Assembly: GCF_003018255.1 (NCBI RefSeq)
Contig: NZ_CP027440.1
DNA length: 64,000 bases
Source of the DNA: Escherichia coli
Lineage (GTDB): Bacteria > Pseudomonadota > Gammaproteobacteria > Enterobacterales > Enterobacteriaceae
Direction: 5' to 3' (one strand)
Shown here: piece after piece, positions 1 through 15,016 of the stretch
Layout: every line of letters begins with the position of its first letter
Position numbering within the stretch: position 1 is the first letter of the stretch
Notes under the pieces: model-generated
Database searches by the model: none
The model's input: only the letters and a program-made list of their open reading frames with translations
What the model was told of the DNA's origin: nothing
Program-made: the position numbers and the translations under genes

Positions 1-354
1 GCGGTGTACAGCGTGGTGCGGTCCAGGGCGTGGAAATGAGAACCGACTTCGCGGGAGAGTTTTTCCAGGAAACGGTAGTCGTCATAGCTGAGAGCGGTTT
101 GCGCCACAGTGCTACCATCGGCGGCCTTCTGTACCAGCGCGCCGTTATAAGTAATGCAGTAGTCGCCCGGCTGTTCCATGTGCAGCTCTTTCAGGTAATT
201 ATGAACACCTGCATAAGGGCGGCCCGTCGTCAGCACGACATTTACGCCACGGGCGCGAGCTGCGGCAATCGCATTTTTAACGGCGGGTGAAATGGTGTGA
301 TCGGGCAGCAGAAGGGTGCCATCCATATCGATAGCAATAAGTTTGATAGCCATG
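1..354 (-). CDS. yidA: Sugar-phosphate phosphatase YidA (HAD/Cof family), partial - 3' end lies outside the window
   Basis: Reverse-complement translation from ATG at 352-354 reads MAIKLIAIDMDGTLLLPDHTISPAVKNAIAAARARGVNVVLTTGRPYAG..., with the HAD DxDGT motif; open to the window edge. Absent from the ORF track because there is no stop in the window. Confidence 0.85.
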
Positions 355-467
355 AGTTCCCCAGGTAGATTGGTTCCTGACCCATGCTAACGCGATTCCG
401 CTCAAAAATCAGTACAACACCCTGGGGAAAAGGGGGATGCAACGCGCGTTGCGTGCTCCCCATTTGC

Positions 468-866
468 TTAGCGGAAGAGTTTCCCTTTCAGCAGTTCCAT
501 GCCTGCGGAAAGCAGATCGTTATTGGCTTGTGGTGACACTTCACCTTGCGGTGAGAGTGCATCAATAATCTTCGGCAATTGTTCTGCCAGTAAACTGGAA
601 GCCGTACTGGTATCCACGCCCAGTTTTTGCCCGAGATCGGACACCGCATTTGTGCCGAGCGCCGATTCCAGTTGCTCGCCGCTAACCGATTGATTGCCCT
701 GTTGATTACTCAGCCAGGTTGAGAGAATGGCCCCTAAGCCGCCACTTTGCAGTTTTTCCAGCAGCACCTGAATACCGCCCTGCTCCTCAACCCAGCTCAA
801 AATGGCCTGATATTTCCCCGCATCGCCTTTCAGAAAGGCACCGACAACTTCATCAAAAAGCCCCAT
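468..866 (-). CDS. yidB: DUF937 family protein YidB
   Basis: ORF track 468..875; product MGLFDEVVGAFLKGDAGKYQAILSWVEEQGG... I trimmed the start to the internal ATG at 864-866 (132 aa) from memory of the K-12 protein; the longer 135 aa start is possible. Confidence 0.8.
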   Translation of the reverse strand: MGLFDEVVGAFLKGDAGKYQAILSWVEEQGGIQVLLEKLQSGGLGAILSTWLSNQQGNQSVSGEQLESALGTNAVSDLGQKLGVDTSTASSLLAEQLPKIIDALSPQGEVSPQANNDLLSAGMELLKGKLFR

Positions 867-945
867 GATAATCACCTGTAAAGCGTTACGTGTTGACCCA
901 AAAAGTATAGATCTGCGGGATGATAATTGCGGATTGCAGAAATAA

Positions 946-976
946 AAAGGGCGAAGATGATCTCCGCCCTTTTCTT
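946..976. terminator. Hairpin (AGGGCG...CGCCCT) flanked by T/A runs downstream of gyrB; candidate bidirectional intrinsic terminator
   Basis: Inverted repeat 948-953 / 965-970 with a T-run on the minus-strand transcript side. Confidence 0.5.
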
Positions 977-986
977 ATAGCTTCTT

Positions 987-1086
987 GCCGGATGCGGCGT
1001 TAACGTCTGATCCGGCCTACAAAATCATGCAAATTCAATATATTGCAGGAGTCTCGTAGGCCTGATAAGCGTAGCGCATCAGGCAC
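987..1086. repeat. REP/BIME palindromic units in the yidB-gyrB intergenic region
   Basis: Two GCCGGATGCGGCG...CCGGCCTAC / GTAGGCCTGATAAGCG...CATCAGGC type units in inverted orientation. Confidence 0.6.
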
Positions 1087-1105
1087 GCTCGCATTGTTAA
1101 CGCCA

Positions 1106-4621
<3,516 letters not shown>

Positions 4622-4622
<1 letters not shown>

Positions 4623-5722
4623 TACAGTCTCATTGGCATGACAACATAAGCCGCGCTCTGGCTGGCCGCATCTTCAATCTGCACGCTGGAAACCGAATCG
4701 GTCAGCATCATGCGGACGTTTTCGCATTTCAGTGCGTTCAGAACATCCAGCACATAGCTGACGTTGAAGCCGATTTCCATCTCCGCACCGCTATAGGTAA
4801 CGTCGAGGATCTCTTCCGCTTCTTCCTGTTCTGGGTTGTTGGCGGTGATTTTCAGCTGGTTTTCGCTGACATACAGACGCACGCCGCGGAATTTCTCGTT
4901 AGAGAGAATTGCCGCACGGGCAAACGCCTGCTTGAGCAGATCACAGCCAGCTTCCAGATGCTTGTCCGGGTTCTTCGGCAGAACGCGACGGTAATCCGGG
5001 AAGCGACCATCCACCAGTTTCGAGGTGAAGATAAAGTCGCCAACGTGGGCGCGAATGTTGTTGCTGCCAATCTGCACGCGCAGCGGATTGTCGCCGCCGT
5101 CGAGCATACGCATCAGTTCAATCACGCCTTTACGCGGCACGATCACCGAATGGCTTGGCAAAGATTGACCAATTGGCATTGAACAGACCGCCAGACGGTG
5201 GCCGTCGGTCGCCACGGTGCGCAGTTCTTCACCTTCGGTTTCAAACAGCATACCGTTTAAGTAATAGCGAACGTCCTGATGTGCCATAGAAAACTGGGTC
5301 GCTTCAATCAGACGCTTCATCGTCGCCTGCGGCAGGGTAAATTCGACTTCGCTCTGCCAGTCATCGAGGTTCGGGAAATCTGCCGCTGGCAGGGTAGACA
5401 GCGAAAAACGGCTACGCCCGGAGCGCACCAGCATCCGCTCACCTTCCAGCTGCACGGCAATTTCCGCGCCTTCAGGCAGACCACGGCAGATATCAAAGAA
5501 TTTGCGCGCCGGAACGGTCGTCGCCCCTGGTTCGTGCGGCTGAACCAGCGCAACGCGTGCCACCATTTCCATCTCGAGATCAGTACCGGTCAGCGACAAC
5601 GTACCGTCAGCAACCTGTAACAGCAGATTACCGAGAATCGGTAGCGTAGGACGACCACCTAACGGACCGCTCACCTGTTGTAGCGGTTTTAATAAATGCT
5701 CACGTTCTACGGTAAATTTCAT
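4622..5722 (-). CDS. dnaN: DNA polymerase III beta sliding clamp
   Basis: 366 aa, [52 protein letters not shown]... Confidence 0.98.
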
Positions 5723-5726
5723 AGGT

Positions 5727-7130
5727 TTACGATGACAATGTTCTGATTAAATTAGAGAAATCTTCTTTGATATCGTGGCTCTCTTCACGCAACTGCTCGA
5801 TCTTCCGGCAGGCATGAAGCACCGTCGTGTGGTCACGACCACCAAACGCATCGCCAATCTCCGGCAGACTGTGGTTAGTCAGCTCTTTCGCCAGCGCCAT
5901 CGCCATCTGGCGCGGACGTGCCACCGAGCGGGATCGACGCTTGGAAAGGAGATCCGCGACTTTGATCTTGTAGTACTCCGCCACCGTCTTCTGAATATTG
6001 TCGATGGTGACCAGTTTTTCCTGCAATGCCAGCAAGTCGCGCAGCGCCTCACGCACGAAGTCGATGGTGATCGCCCGTCCGGTAAAGTTGGCGTTAGCAA
6101 TAACGCGGTTCAGCGCGCCTTCCAGCTCACGTACGTTAGATCGTAGACGCTTGGCGATAAAGAACGCCACTTCGCCCGGCAAACGAATGTCGTTTTCGTC
6201 GGCCTTTTTCATCAGGATCGCCACGCGGGTTTCCAGCTCTGGCGGTTCGATCGCCACAGTCAGCCCCCAGCCGAAGCGGGATTTCAAACGATCCTCAACG
6301 CCGTTGATCTCTTTAGGATAGCGATCCGAGGTGAGAATGATCTGTTGATTACCTTCCAGCAGGGCGTTGAAGGTGTGGAAAAACTCTTCCTGAGATCGTT
6401 CTTTATTAGCAAAAAACTGAATATCGTCGATCAGCAGTGCATCTACGGAACGGTAGTAGCGTTTAAACTCTTCGATCGCGTTGTTTTGCAGGGCTTTAAC
6501 CATGTCCTGAACAAAGCGCTCGGAGTGCATATAAACCACTTTGGCATTCGGCTTGCGCGCCATAATGCCGTTACCCACCGCATGCAGCAGGTGAGTTTTA
6601 CCCAGACCCGTGCCGCCATAAAGGAACAACGGGTTATAGGCACCGCCAGGGTTATCTGCCACCTGGCGAGCCGCCGCGCGCGCCAGTTGGTTAGATTTAC
6701 CTTCAACGAAGTTATCAAACGTGTGTTTGACGTTTACGTTAGAACGATAGGTCGGTTCTGCCGGAGCCGGGACGTTATCCCAACCCGAGCGCGTAGAAGG
6801 CGCAGCACGTTGCGGCTGCGTTTGCGCCACCTGTGCAGGGGCCGCGACGTTGCTCGTCACTGCCGCTTGTGGCGTTTGCGTCACCGGTTTGGTGCCGACT
6901 TCAAAACGCAGCTGTGGGGCATCCGCTCCGCAGAAACTGGTTAGCAGTCCATTGATATTATTAAGGTACTTGTCCCGTACCCAATCGAGGACAAAACGGT
7001 TTGGCGCGTACAGGGCCAGCGTGTTATCGCTCAGTTCCGCCTGCAATGGGCGTATCCACATACTGAATTCTGTGGCTGGTAACTCATCCTGCAATCGGGC
7101 AAGACACTGCTGCCAAAGCGAAAGTGACAC
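5727..7130 (-). CDS. dnaA: Chromosomal replication initiator DnaA
   Basis: 467 aa from the GTG at 7128-7130 ([30 protein letters not shown]...); AAA+ Walker [11 protein letters not shown] present. The ORF track extends 4 codons further to an alternative start. Confidence 0.97.
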
Positions 7131-7253
7131 GGCGGACTCCACTCGAACAAAAGTCGATAATGACTAAGGCTGAAACATTCATGATTGTTGACGTACGTCG
7201 AAAAGACCCTGCATGAGGGTGACGCACGAACCGCTGTCTGCGGTTATATGCCC

Positions 7254-7348
7254 GATCAAGATCCTGCAAAACGATCGGGACCGCGGATCATAGCCTAAAC
7301 TGCGCAAGAGATCTTCTGTTTCTCACAGATTTTCCCGATTTATCCACA
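7254..7348. promoter_or_regulatory. dnaA promoter region: cluster of five GATC sites (7254-7313) plus a consensus DnaA box TTATCCACA (7340-7348)
   Basis: Read directly: GATC at 7254, 7260, 7273, 7286, 7310; TTATCCACA at 7340-7348. Matches the known autoregulated, SeqA-sequestered dnaA promoter architecture. Confidence 0.75.
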
Positions 7349-7724
7349 GGACTTTCCAGAACTCGCTAAGTGTAAACGATCCTGCCGCGGGCCGGGCACG
7401 ATTTACGCCGCATATTGGAAAATTTAATGACCATAGACAAAAATTGGCTTAATCGATCTAATAAAGATCCAGGACGATCCTTGCGCTTTACCCATCAGCC
7501 CGTATAATCCTCCACCCGGCGCGCCATGCTGGTTTTCACTGGTGTGAGGCCGTACATTTTCCCTGCGAAAAGGTGCGGAAAAGCGCGGTAAATAAGGAAA
7601 GAGAATTGACTCCGGAGTGTACAATTATTACAATCCGGCCTCTTTAATCACCCATGGCTTCGGTGTCCATCGTTTCATTTTTCGGCGGATATCCAATAAA
7701 GCCATTGAATTTATTCAAGTTTAG

Positions 7725-7877
<153 letters not shown>

Positions 7878-7893
7878 TAAAGCTAACCCCTGA

Positions 7894-8253
7894 GTGGTTA
7901 AGCTCGCATTTCCCAGGGAGTTACGCTTGTTAACTCCCAGTCAATTCACATTCGTCTTCCAGCAGCCACAACGGGCTGGCACGCCGCAAATTACCATTCT
8001 CGGCCGCCTGAATTCGCTGGGGCATCCCCGTATCGGTCTTACAGTCGCCAAGAAAAACGTTCGACGCGCCCATGAACGCAATCGGATTAAACGTCTGACG
8101 CGTGAAAGCTTCCGTCTGCGCCAACATGAACTCCCGGCTATGGATTTCGTGGTGGTGGCGAAAAAAGGGGTTGCCGACCTCGATAACCGTGCTCTCTCGG
8201 AAGCGTTGGAAAAATTATGGCGCCGCCACTGTCGCCTGGCTCGCGGGTCCTGA
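7894..8253 (+). CDS. rnpA: RNase P protein component
   Basis: 119 aa with GTG start (7894-7896), [54 protein letters not shown]... Confidence 0.95.
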
Positions 8254-8474
8254 TAGCCCTCATTCGGGTCTATCAACGCCTGATTAGTCCGCTACTCGGG
8301 CCGCATTGTCGTTTCACTCCAACCTGTTCAAGCTACGGAATTGAGGCATTGCGCAGGTTTGGAGTGATAAAAGGCAGTTGGTTGACGGTGAAACGCGTAT
8401 TAAAATGCCACCCTTTACACCCTGGTGGTGACGATCCCGTCCCGCCCGGACCATTTGATACCAGAGAACACTAA
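8217..8474 (+). CDS. yidD: Membrane protein insertion efficiency factor YidD
   Basis: 85 aa, overlaps the rnpA 3' end by 37 nt; conserved cysteines ([11 protein letters not shown]). Confidence 0.85.
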
Positions 8475-8476
8475 CG

Positions 8477-10123
8477 ATGGATTCGCAACGCAATCTTTTA
8501 GTCATCGCTTTGCTGTTCGTGTCTTTCATGATCTGGCAAGCCTGGGAGCAGGATAAAAACCCGCAACCTCAGGCCCAACAGACCACGCAGACAACGACCA
8601 CCGCAGCGGGTAGCGCCGCCGACCAGGGCGTACCGGCCAGTGGCCAGGGGAAACTGATCTCGGTTAAGACCGACGTGCTTGATCTGACCATCAACACCCG
8701 TGGTGGTGATGTTGAGCAAGCTCTGCTGCCTGCTTACCCGAAAGAGCTGAACTCTACCCAGCCGTTCCAGCTGCTGGAAACTTCACCGCAGTTTATTTAT
8801 CAGGCACAGAGCGGTCTGACCGGTCGTGATGGCCCGGATAACCCGGCTAACGGCCCGCGTCCGCTGTATAACGTTGAAAAGGACGCTTATGTGCTGGCTG
8901 AAGGTCAAAACGAACTGCAGGTGCTGATGACGTATACCGACGCGGCAGGCAACACGTTTACCAAAACGTTTGTCCTGAAACGTGGTGATTACGCTGTCAA
9001 CGTCAACTACAACGTGCAGAACGCTGGCGAGAAACCGCTGGAAATCTCCTCGTTTGGTCAGTTGAAGCAATCCATCACTCTGCCACCGCATCTCGATACC
9101 GGAAGCAGCAACTTCGCACTGCACACCTTCCGTGGCGCGGCGTACTCCACGCCTGACGAGAAGTACGAGAAATACAAGTTCGATACCATTGCCGATAACG
9201 AAAACCTGAACATCTCTTCGAAAGGTGGTTGGGTGGCGATGCTGCAACAGTATTTCGCGACGGCATGGATCCCGCATAACGACGGTACCAACAACTTCTA
9301 TACCGCTAATCTGGGTAACGGCATCGCCGCTATCGGCTATAAATCTCAGCCGGTACTGGTTCAGCCTGGTCAGACTGGCGCGATGAACAGCACCCTGTGG
9401 GTTGGCCCGGAAATCCAGGACAAAATGGCAGCTGTTGCTCCGCACCTGGATCTGACCGTTGATTACGGTTGGTTGTGGTTCATTTCTCAGCCGCTGTTCA
9501 AACTGCTGAAATGGATCCATAGCTTTGTGGGTAACTGGGGCTTCTCCATTATCATCATCACCTTTATCGTTCGTGGCATCATGTACCCGCTGACCAAAGC
9601 GCAGTACACCTCCATGGCGAAGATGCGTATGCTGCAGCCGAAGATTCAGGCAATGCGTGAGCGTCTGGGCGATGACAAACAGCGTATCAGCCAGGAAATG
9701 ATGGCGCTGTACAAAGCTGAGAAGGTTAACCCGCTGGGCGGCTGCTTCCCGCTGCTGATCCAGATGCCAATCTTCCTGGCGTTGTACTACATGCTGATGG
9801 GTTCCGTTGAACTGCGTCAGGCACCGTTTGCACTGTGGATCCACGACCTGTCGGCACAGGACCCGTACTACATCCTGCCGATCCTGATGGGCGTAACGAT
9901 GTTCTTCATTCAGAAGATGTCGCCGACCACTGTGACCGACCCGATGCAGCAGAAGATCATGACCTTTATGCCGGTCATCTTCACCGTGTTCTTCCTGTGG
10001 TTCCCGTCAGGTCTGGTGCTGTACTATATCGTCAGCAACCTGGTAACCATTATCCAGCAGCAGCTGATTTACCGTGGTCTGGAAAAACGTGGCCTGCATA
10101 GCCGCGAGAAGAAAAAATCCTGA
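8477..10123 (+). CDS. yidC: Membrane protein insertase YidC
   Basis: 548 aa, [32 protein letters not shown]...; large periplasmic domain followed by 5 C-terminal TM segments. Confidence 0.98.
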   Translation: MDSQRNLLVIALLFVSFMIWQAWEQDKNPQPQAQQTTQTTTTAAGSAADQGVPASGQGKLISVKTDVLDLTINTRGGDVEQALLPAYPKELNSTQPFQLLETSPQFIYQAQSGLTGRDGPDNPANGPRPLYNVEKDAYVLAEGQNELQVLMTYTDAAGNTFTKTFVLKRGDYAVNVNYNVQNAGEKPLEISSFGQLKQSITLPPHLDTGSSNFALHTFRGAAYSTPDEKYEKYKFDTIADNENLNISSKGGWVAMLQQYFATAWIPHNDGTNNFYTANLGNGIAAIGYKSQPVLVQPGQTGAMNSTLWVGPEIQDKMAAVAPHLDLTVDYGWLWFISQPLFKLLKWIHSFVGNWGFSIIIITFIVRGIMYPLTKAQYTSMAKMRMLQPKIQAMRERLGDDKQRISQEMMALYKAEKVNPLGGCFPLLIQMPIFLALYYMLMGSVELRQAPFALWIHDLSAQDPYYILPILMGVTMFFIQKMSPTTVTDPMQQKIMTFMPVIFTVFFLWFPSGLVLYYIVSNLVTIIQQQLIYRGLEKRGLHSREKKKS

Positions 10124-10147
10124 TTCGGTGAGTTTTCGCTAAAATAA

Positions 10148-10173
10148 GGGCGGTCAGTTGACCGCCTTTTTTC
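10148..10173 (+). terminator. Intrinsic terminator after yidC (GGCGGTCA-GT-TGACCGCC + TTTTTT)
   Basis: Perfect 8-bp stem followed by a T6 run. Confidence 0.65.
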
Positions 10174-10228
10174 TTTTCGTAGGGCGGATAAGCACCGCAC
10201 ATCCGCCACACAAAGCAACAGGAACATC

Positions 10229-11593
10229 ATGAGCGATAATGACACTATCGTAGCCCAGGCCACGCCTCCGGGACGTGGCGGCGTTGGCATCCTGCGCATC
10301 TCCGGCTTCAAAGCCCGTGAAGTTGCCGAAACCGTGCTGGGTAAACTGCCTAAGCCGCGCTACGCCGATTATCTTCCGTTTAAAGACGCCGACGGCAGCG
10401 TGCTCGATCAGGGGATTGCGCTATGGTTCCCTGGCCCGAACTCGTTCACCGGCGAAGATGTGCTGGAACTGCAAGGTCATGGCGGTCCGGTGATCCTCGA
10501 CCTGCTGTTAAAACGCATTCTGACCATTCCCGGCCTGCGGATTGCTCGCCCGGGTGAGTTTTCCGAACGCGCGTTTCTTAACGATAAACTCGACTTAGCC
10601 CAGGCCGAGGCGATTGCGGATCTTATCGACGCCAGTTCGGAACAGGCGGCCCGTTCGGCACTTAACTCGCTGCAAGGCGCATTCTCCGCACGGGTTAATC
10701 ATCTGGTAGAAGCCCTCACCCACTTGCGCATTTACGTTGAAGCGGCAATTGATTTCCCCGATGAAGAGATCGATTTCCTCTCCGACGGCAAAATTGAAGC
10801 CCAGCTTAATGACGTGATTGCCGATCTCGATGCAGTGCGTGCTGAAGCACGTCAGGGTAGTTTGTTGCGCGAAGGGATGAAAGTGGTGATTGCCGGACGT
10901 CCTAACGCCGGTAAATCGAGCCTGTTAAACGCGCTGGCTGGCCGTGAAGCAGCAATCGTAACCGATATCGCCGGAACTACGCGTGACGTGTTGCGTGAGC
11001 ATATCCACATTGACGGAATGCCGCTGCATATCATCGACACCGCCGGGCTACGTGAAGCCAGCGATGAAGTGGAACGTATTGGTATCGAGCGCGCGTGGCA
11101 AGAAATTGAACAAGCCGACCGCGTGCTGTTTATGGTCGATGGCACCACGACAGACGCCGTTGATCCAGCAGAGATCTGGCCGGAGTTTATCGCCCGTCTG
11201 CCAGCGAAACTGCCGATCACCGTGGTGCGCAATAAAGCCGATATCACCGGAGAAACGTTGGGGATGAGCGAAGTGAACGGTCACGCGTTAATTCGTCTCT
11301 CTGCAAGGACTGGTGAAGGTGTGGACGTGCTGCGTAACCATCTCAAACAGAGCATGGGCTTTGACACCAACATGGAAGGCGGCTTCCTGGCGCGTCGTCG
11401 TCACCTACAGGCACTGGAACAGGCGGCAGAGCACCTGCAACAGGGTAAAGCGCAACTGTTAGGAGCCTGGGCAGGCGAGCTGCTGGCGGAAGAACTGCGT
11501 CTGGCGCAGCAGAACTTAAGCGAGATCACCGGGGAATTTACTTCTGACGACCTGCTGGGGCGAATTTTCTCCAGCTTCTGTATTGGTAAGTAA
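10229..11593 (+). CDS. mnmE: tRNA modification GTPase MnmE (TrmE)
   Basis: 454 aa, [26 protein letters not shown]...; G-domain [15 protein letters not shown]-terminal CIGK. Confidence 0.97.
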
Positions 11594-11601
11594 CCGCGCT
11601 T

Positions 11602-11645
11602 GCGAAGCCGCATTCTGACTGTCAGATGCGGCTTCGCTTCATTGT
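11602..11645 (+). terminator. Perfect 12-bp inverted repeat (GCGAAGCCGCAT...ATGCGGCTTCGC) immediately after mnmE; candidate terminator
   Basis: Inverted repeat 11602-11613 / 11626-11637. Confidence 0.6.
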
Positions 11646-11744
11646 TAGCACTCCTGTTACTCCTCAACCCTTTTTTTAAACATTAAAATTCTTACGTAAT
11701 TTATAATCTTTAAAAAAAGCATTTAATATTGCTTCCCGAACGAT

Positions 11745-11760
11745 TGTGATTCGATTCACA
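11745..11760. promoter_or_regulatory. CRP (CAP) binding site of the tna promoter (TGTGA-N6-TCACA)
   Basis: TGTGATTCGATTCACA is a perfect symmetric CRP half-site pair about 75 bp upstream of tnaC; the tna operon is known to be catabolite-controlled. Confidence 0.65.
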
Positions 11761-11835
11761 TTTAAACAATTTCAGAATAGACAAATTTCTTGAGTATTAT
11801 ACTGTAGCCTCGTGTCTTTCGAGGATAAGTGCATT

Positions 11836-11910
11836 ATGAATATCTTACATATATGTGTGACCTCAAAATGGTTTAATATTGACAACAAGATTGTCGATCA
11901 CCGCCCTTGA
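11836..11910 (+). CDS. tnaC: Tryptophanase operon leader peptide TnaC (24 aa)
   Basis: ATG 11836, TGA 11908-11910; MNILHICVTSKWFNIDNKIVDHRP with the critical W12, D16 and P24 residues; followed by a ~220 nt spacer before tnaA. Below the ORF-track size threshold. Confidence 0.9.
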   Translation: MNILHICVTSKWFNIDNKIVDHRP

Positions 11911-12130
11911 TTTGCCCTTCTGTAGCCATCACCAGAGCCAAACCGATTAGATTCAATGTGATCTATTTGTTTGCTATATCTTAATTTTGCCTTTTACAAA
12001 GGCCATCTTTCGTTTATTTACTTGTTTTAGTAAATGATGGTGCTTGCATATATATCTGGCGAATTAATGGATATTGCAAATGTAATATTCACAGGGATCA
12101 CTGTAATTAAAATAAATGAAGGATTATGTA

Positions 12131-13546
12131 ATGGAAAACTTTAAACATCTCCCTGAACCGTTCCGCATTCGTGTTATTGAGCCAGTAAAACGTACCACTC
12201 GCGCTTATCGTGAAGAGGCAATTATTAAATCCGGTATGAACCCGTTCCTGCTGGATAGCGAAGATGTGTTTATCGATTTACTGACCGACAGCGGCACCGG
12301 GGCGGTGACGCAGAGTATGCAGGCCGCGATGATGCGCGGCGACGAAGCCTACAGCGGCAGCCGCAGCTACTATGCGTTAGCCGAGTCAGTAAAAAATATC
12401 TTTGGTTATCAATATACTATTCCGACTCACCAGGGCCGTGGTGCAGAACAAATCTATATTCCGGTACTGATTAAAAAACGCGAGCAGGAAAAAGGCCTGG
12501 ATCGCAGCAAAATGGTGGCGTTCTCTAACTATTTCTTTGATACCACGCAGGGCCATAGCCAGATTAACGGCTGTACCGTGCGTAACGTCTATATCAAAGA
12601 AGCCTTCGATACTGGCGTGCGTTACGACTTTAAAGGTAACTTTGACCTTGAGGGATTAGAACGCGGCATTGAAGAAGTTGGCCCGAATAACGTGCCATAT
12701 ATCGTTGCGACCATCACCAGTAACTCTGCAGGTGGTCAGCCGGTTTCACTGGCAAACTTAAAAGCGATGTACAGCATCGCGAAGAAATACGATATTCCGG
12801 TGGTCATGGACTCCGCACGCTTTGCTGAAAATGCCTATTTCATCAAGCAGCGTGAAGCAGAATACAAGGACTGGACCATCGAGCAGATCACCCGCGAAAC
12901 CTACAAATATGCCGATATGCTGGCGATGTCCGCCAAGAAAGATGCGATGGTGCCGATGGGCGGCCTGCTGTGCATGAAAGACGACAGCTTCTTTGATGTG
13001 TACACCGAATGCAGAACCCTTTGCGTGGTGCAGGAAGGCTTCCCGACATATGGCGGCCTGGAAGGCGGCGCTATGGAGCGTCTGGCGGTAGGTCTGTATG
13101 ACGGCATGAATCTGGACTGGCTGGCTTATCGTATCGCGCAGGTGCAGTATCTGGTCGATGGTCTGGAAGAGATTGGCGTTGTCTGTCAGCAGGCGGGCGG
13201 TCACGCGGCATTCGTTGATGCAGGTAAACTGTTGCCGCATATCCCGGCAGATCAGTTCCCGGCACAGGCGCTGGCCTGCGAGCTGTATAAAGTCGCCGGT
13301 ATCCGTGCGGTAGAAATTGGCTCTTTCCTGTTAGGCCGCGATCCGAAAACCGGTAAACAACTGCCATGCCCGGCTGAACTGCTGCGTTTAACCATTCCGC
13401 GCGCAACATATACTCAAACACATATGGACTTCATTATTGAAGCCTTTAAACATGTGAAAGAGAACGCGGCGAATATTAAAGGGTTAACCTTTACCTACGA
13501 ACCGAAAGTATTGCGTCACTTCACCGCAAAACTGAAAGAAGTTTAA
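12131..13546 (+). CDS. tnaA: Tryptophanase (tryptophan indole-lyase)
   Basis: 471 aa from [39 protein letters not shown]...; the ORF track begins 5 codons upstream. Confidence 0.97.
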
Positions 13547-13637
13547 TTAAAACACTCAGAGTGGCTATAAGGATGTTAGCCACTCTATTACCCTACATCC
13601 TCAATAACAAAAATAGCCTTCCTCTAAAGGTGGCATC

Positions 13638-14885
13638 ATGACTGATCAATCAGAAAAAAAACACTCTGCATTTTGGGGTGTTATGGTTATAGCCGGTACA
13701 GTAATTGGCGGTGGGATGTTTGCTTTACCTGTTGACCTTGCCGGAGCCTGGTTTTTTTGGGGCGCTTTTATTCTTATTATCGCCTGGTTTTCAATGTTAC
13801 ATTCAGGGCTATTATTATTAGAAGCAAACTTAAATTATCCCGTCGGATCCAGTTTTAACACCATCACCAAAGATTTAATCGGTAACACCTGGAACATTAT
13901 CAGCGGTATTACCGTTGCCTTCGTTCTCTACATCCTCACTTATGCCTATATCTCTGCTAATGGTGCGATCATTAGTGAAACGATATCAATGAATTTGGGT
14001 TATCATGCTAATCCACGTATTGTCGGGATCTGCACTGCCATTTTCGTTGCCAGCGTATTGTGGATAAGTTCGTTAGCCGCCAGTCGTATTACCTCATTGT
14101 TCCTTGGGCTGAAGATTATCTCCTTTGTAATTGTTTTTGGTTCTTTCTTCTTCCAGGTCGATTACTCCATTCTGCGCGATGCCACCAGCACCACGGCGGG
14201 AACATCTTATTTCCCGTATATCTTTATGGCTTTGCCGGTGTGTCTGGCGTCATTTGGTTTCCACGGCAATATTCCCAGCCTGATTATTTGCTATGGCAAA
14301 CGCAAAGATAAGCTAATCAAAAGCGTGGTCTTCGGTTCGCTGCTGGCGCTGGTGATTTATCTCTTCTGGCTCTATTGCACGATGGGGAATATCCCGCGAG
14401 AAAGCTTTAAGGCGATAATCTCCTCAGGCGGCAACGTTGATTCGCTGGTGAAATCGTTCCTCGGCACCAAACAGCATGGCATTATCGAGTTTTGCCTGCT
14501 GGTGTTCTCCAACTTAGCTGTTGCCAGTTCGTTCTTTGGTGTCACGCTGGGATTGTTCGATTATCTGGCGGATCTGTTTAAGATTGATAACTCCCACGCC
14601 GGGCGTTTCAAAACCGTGCTGTTAACCTTCCTGCCACCTGCGTTGTTGTATCTGATCTTCCCGAACGGCTTCATTTACGGGATCGGCGGTGCCGGACTGT
14701 GTGCCACCATCTGGGCGGTCATTATCCCCGCGGTGCTGGCAATCAAAGCTCGCAAGAAGTTTCCCAATCAGATGTTCACGGTCTGGGGCGGCAATCTTAT
14801 TCCGGCGATTGTCATTCTCTTTGGTATAACCGTAATTTTATGCTGGTTCGGTAACGTCTTTAACGTGTTACCTAAATTTGGCTAA
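13638..14885 (+). CDS. tnaB: Low-affinity tryptophan permease
   Basis: 415 aa, MTDQSEKKHSAFWGVMVIAGTVIGGGMFALP...; polytopic membrane protein. Confidence 0.95.
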   Translation: MTDQSEKKHSAFWGVMVIAGTVIGGGMFALPVDLAGAWFFWGAFILIIAWFSMLHSGLLLLEANLNYPVGSSFNTITKDLIGNTWNIISGITVAFVLYILTYAYISANGAIISETISMNLGYHANPRIVGICTAIFVASVLWISSLAASRITSLFLGLKIISFVIVFGSFFFQVDYSILRDATSTTAGTSYFPYIFMALPVCLASFGFHGNIPSLIICYGKRKDKLIKSVVFGSLLALVIYLFWLYCTMGNIPRESFKAIISSGGNVDSLVKSFLGTKQHGIIEFCLLVFSNLAVASSFFGVTLGLFDYLADLFKIDNSHAGRFKTVLLTFLPPALLYLIFPNGFIYGIGGAGLCATIWAVIIPAVLAIKARKKFPNQMFTVWGGNLIPAIVILFGITVILCWFGNVFNVLPKFG

Positions 14886-15016
14886 ATCCTTCAAGAAGCC
14901 AGCCATTCGCTGGCTTCTTGCCTCTCAGGAAATCACTTATGTCCAAATGGCAACTCGCCTGATCCTCCTTCACCACGTATGCTTTGCGTCACCTTACTAT
15001 CAGGACGCTTTAGCCC

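Noticed and set aside
30..463. Two short ORFs (30..290 plus strand, 242..463 minus strand) at the window start
   Set aside because: Both overlap the yidA coding frame, which translates to a recognisable HAD phosphatase N-terminus; they are alternate-frame noise.
6345..6944. 199-codon ORF antisense to dnaA
   Set aside because: Antisense artefact; Arg-rich junk translation.
8783..9844. 353-codon ORF antisense to yidC
   Set aside because: Same antisense artefact inside a conserved essential gene; the product is low-complexity and Arg/His-rich.
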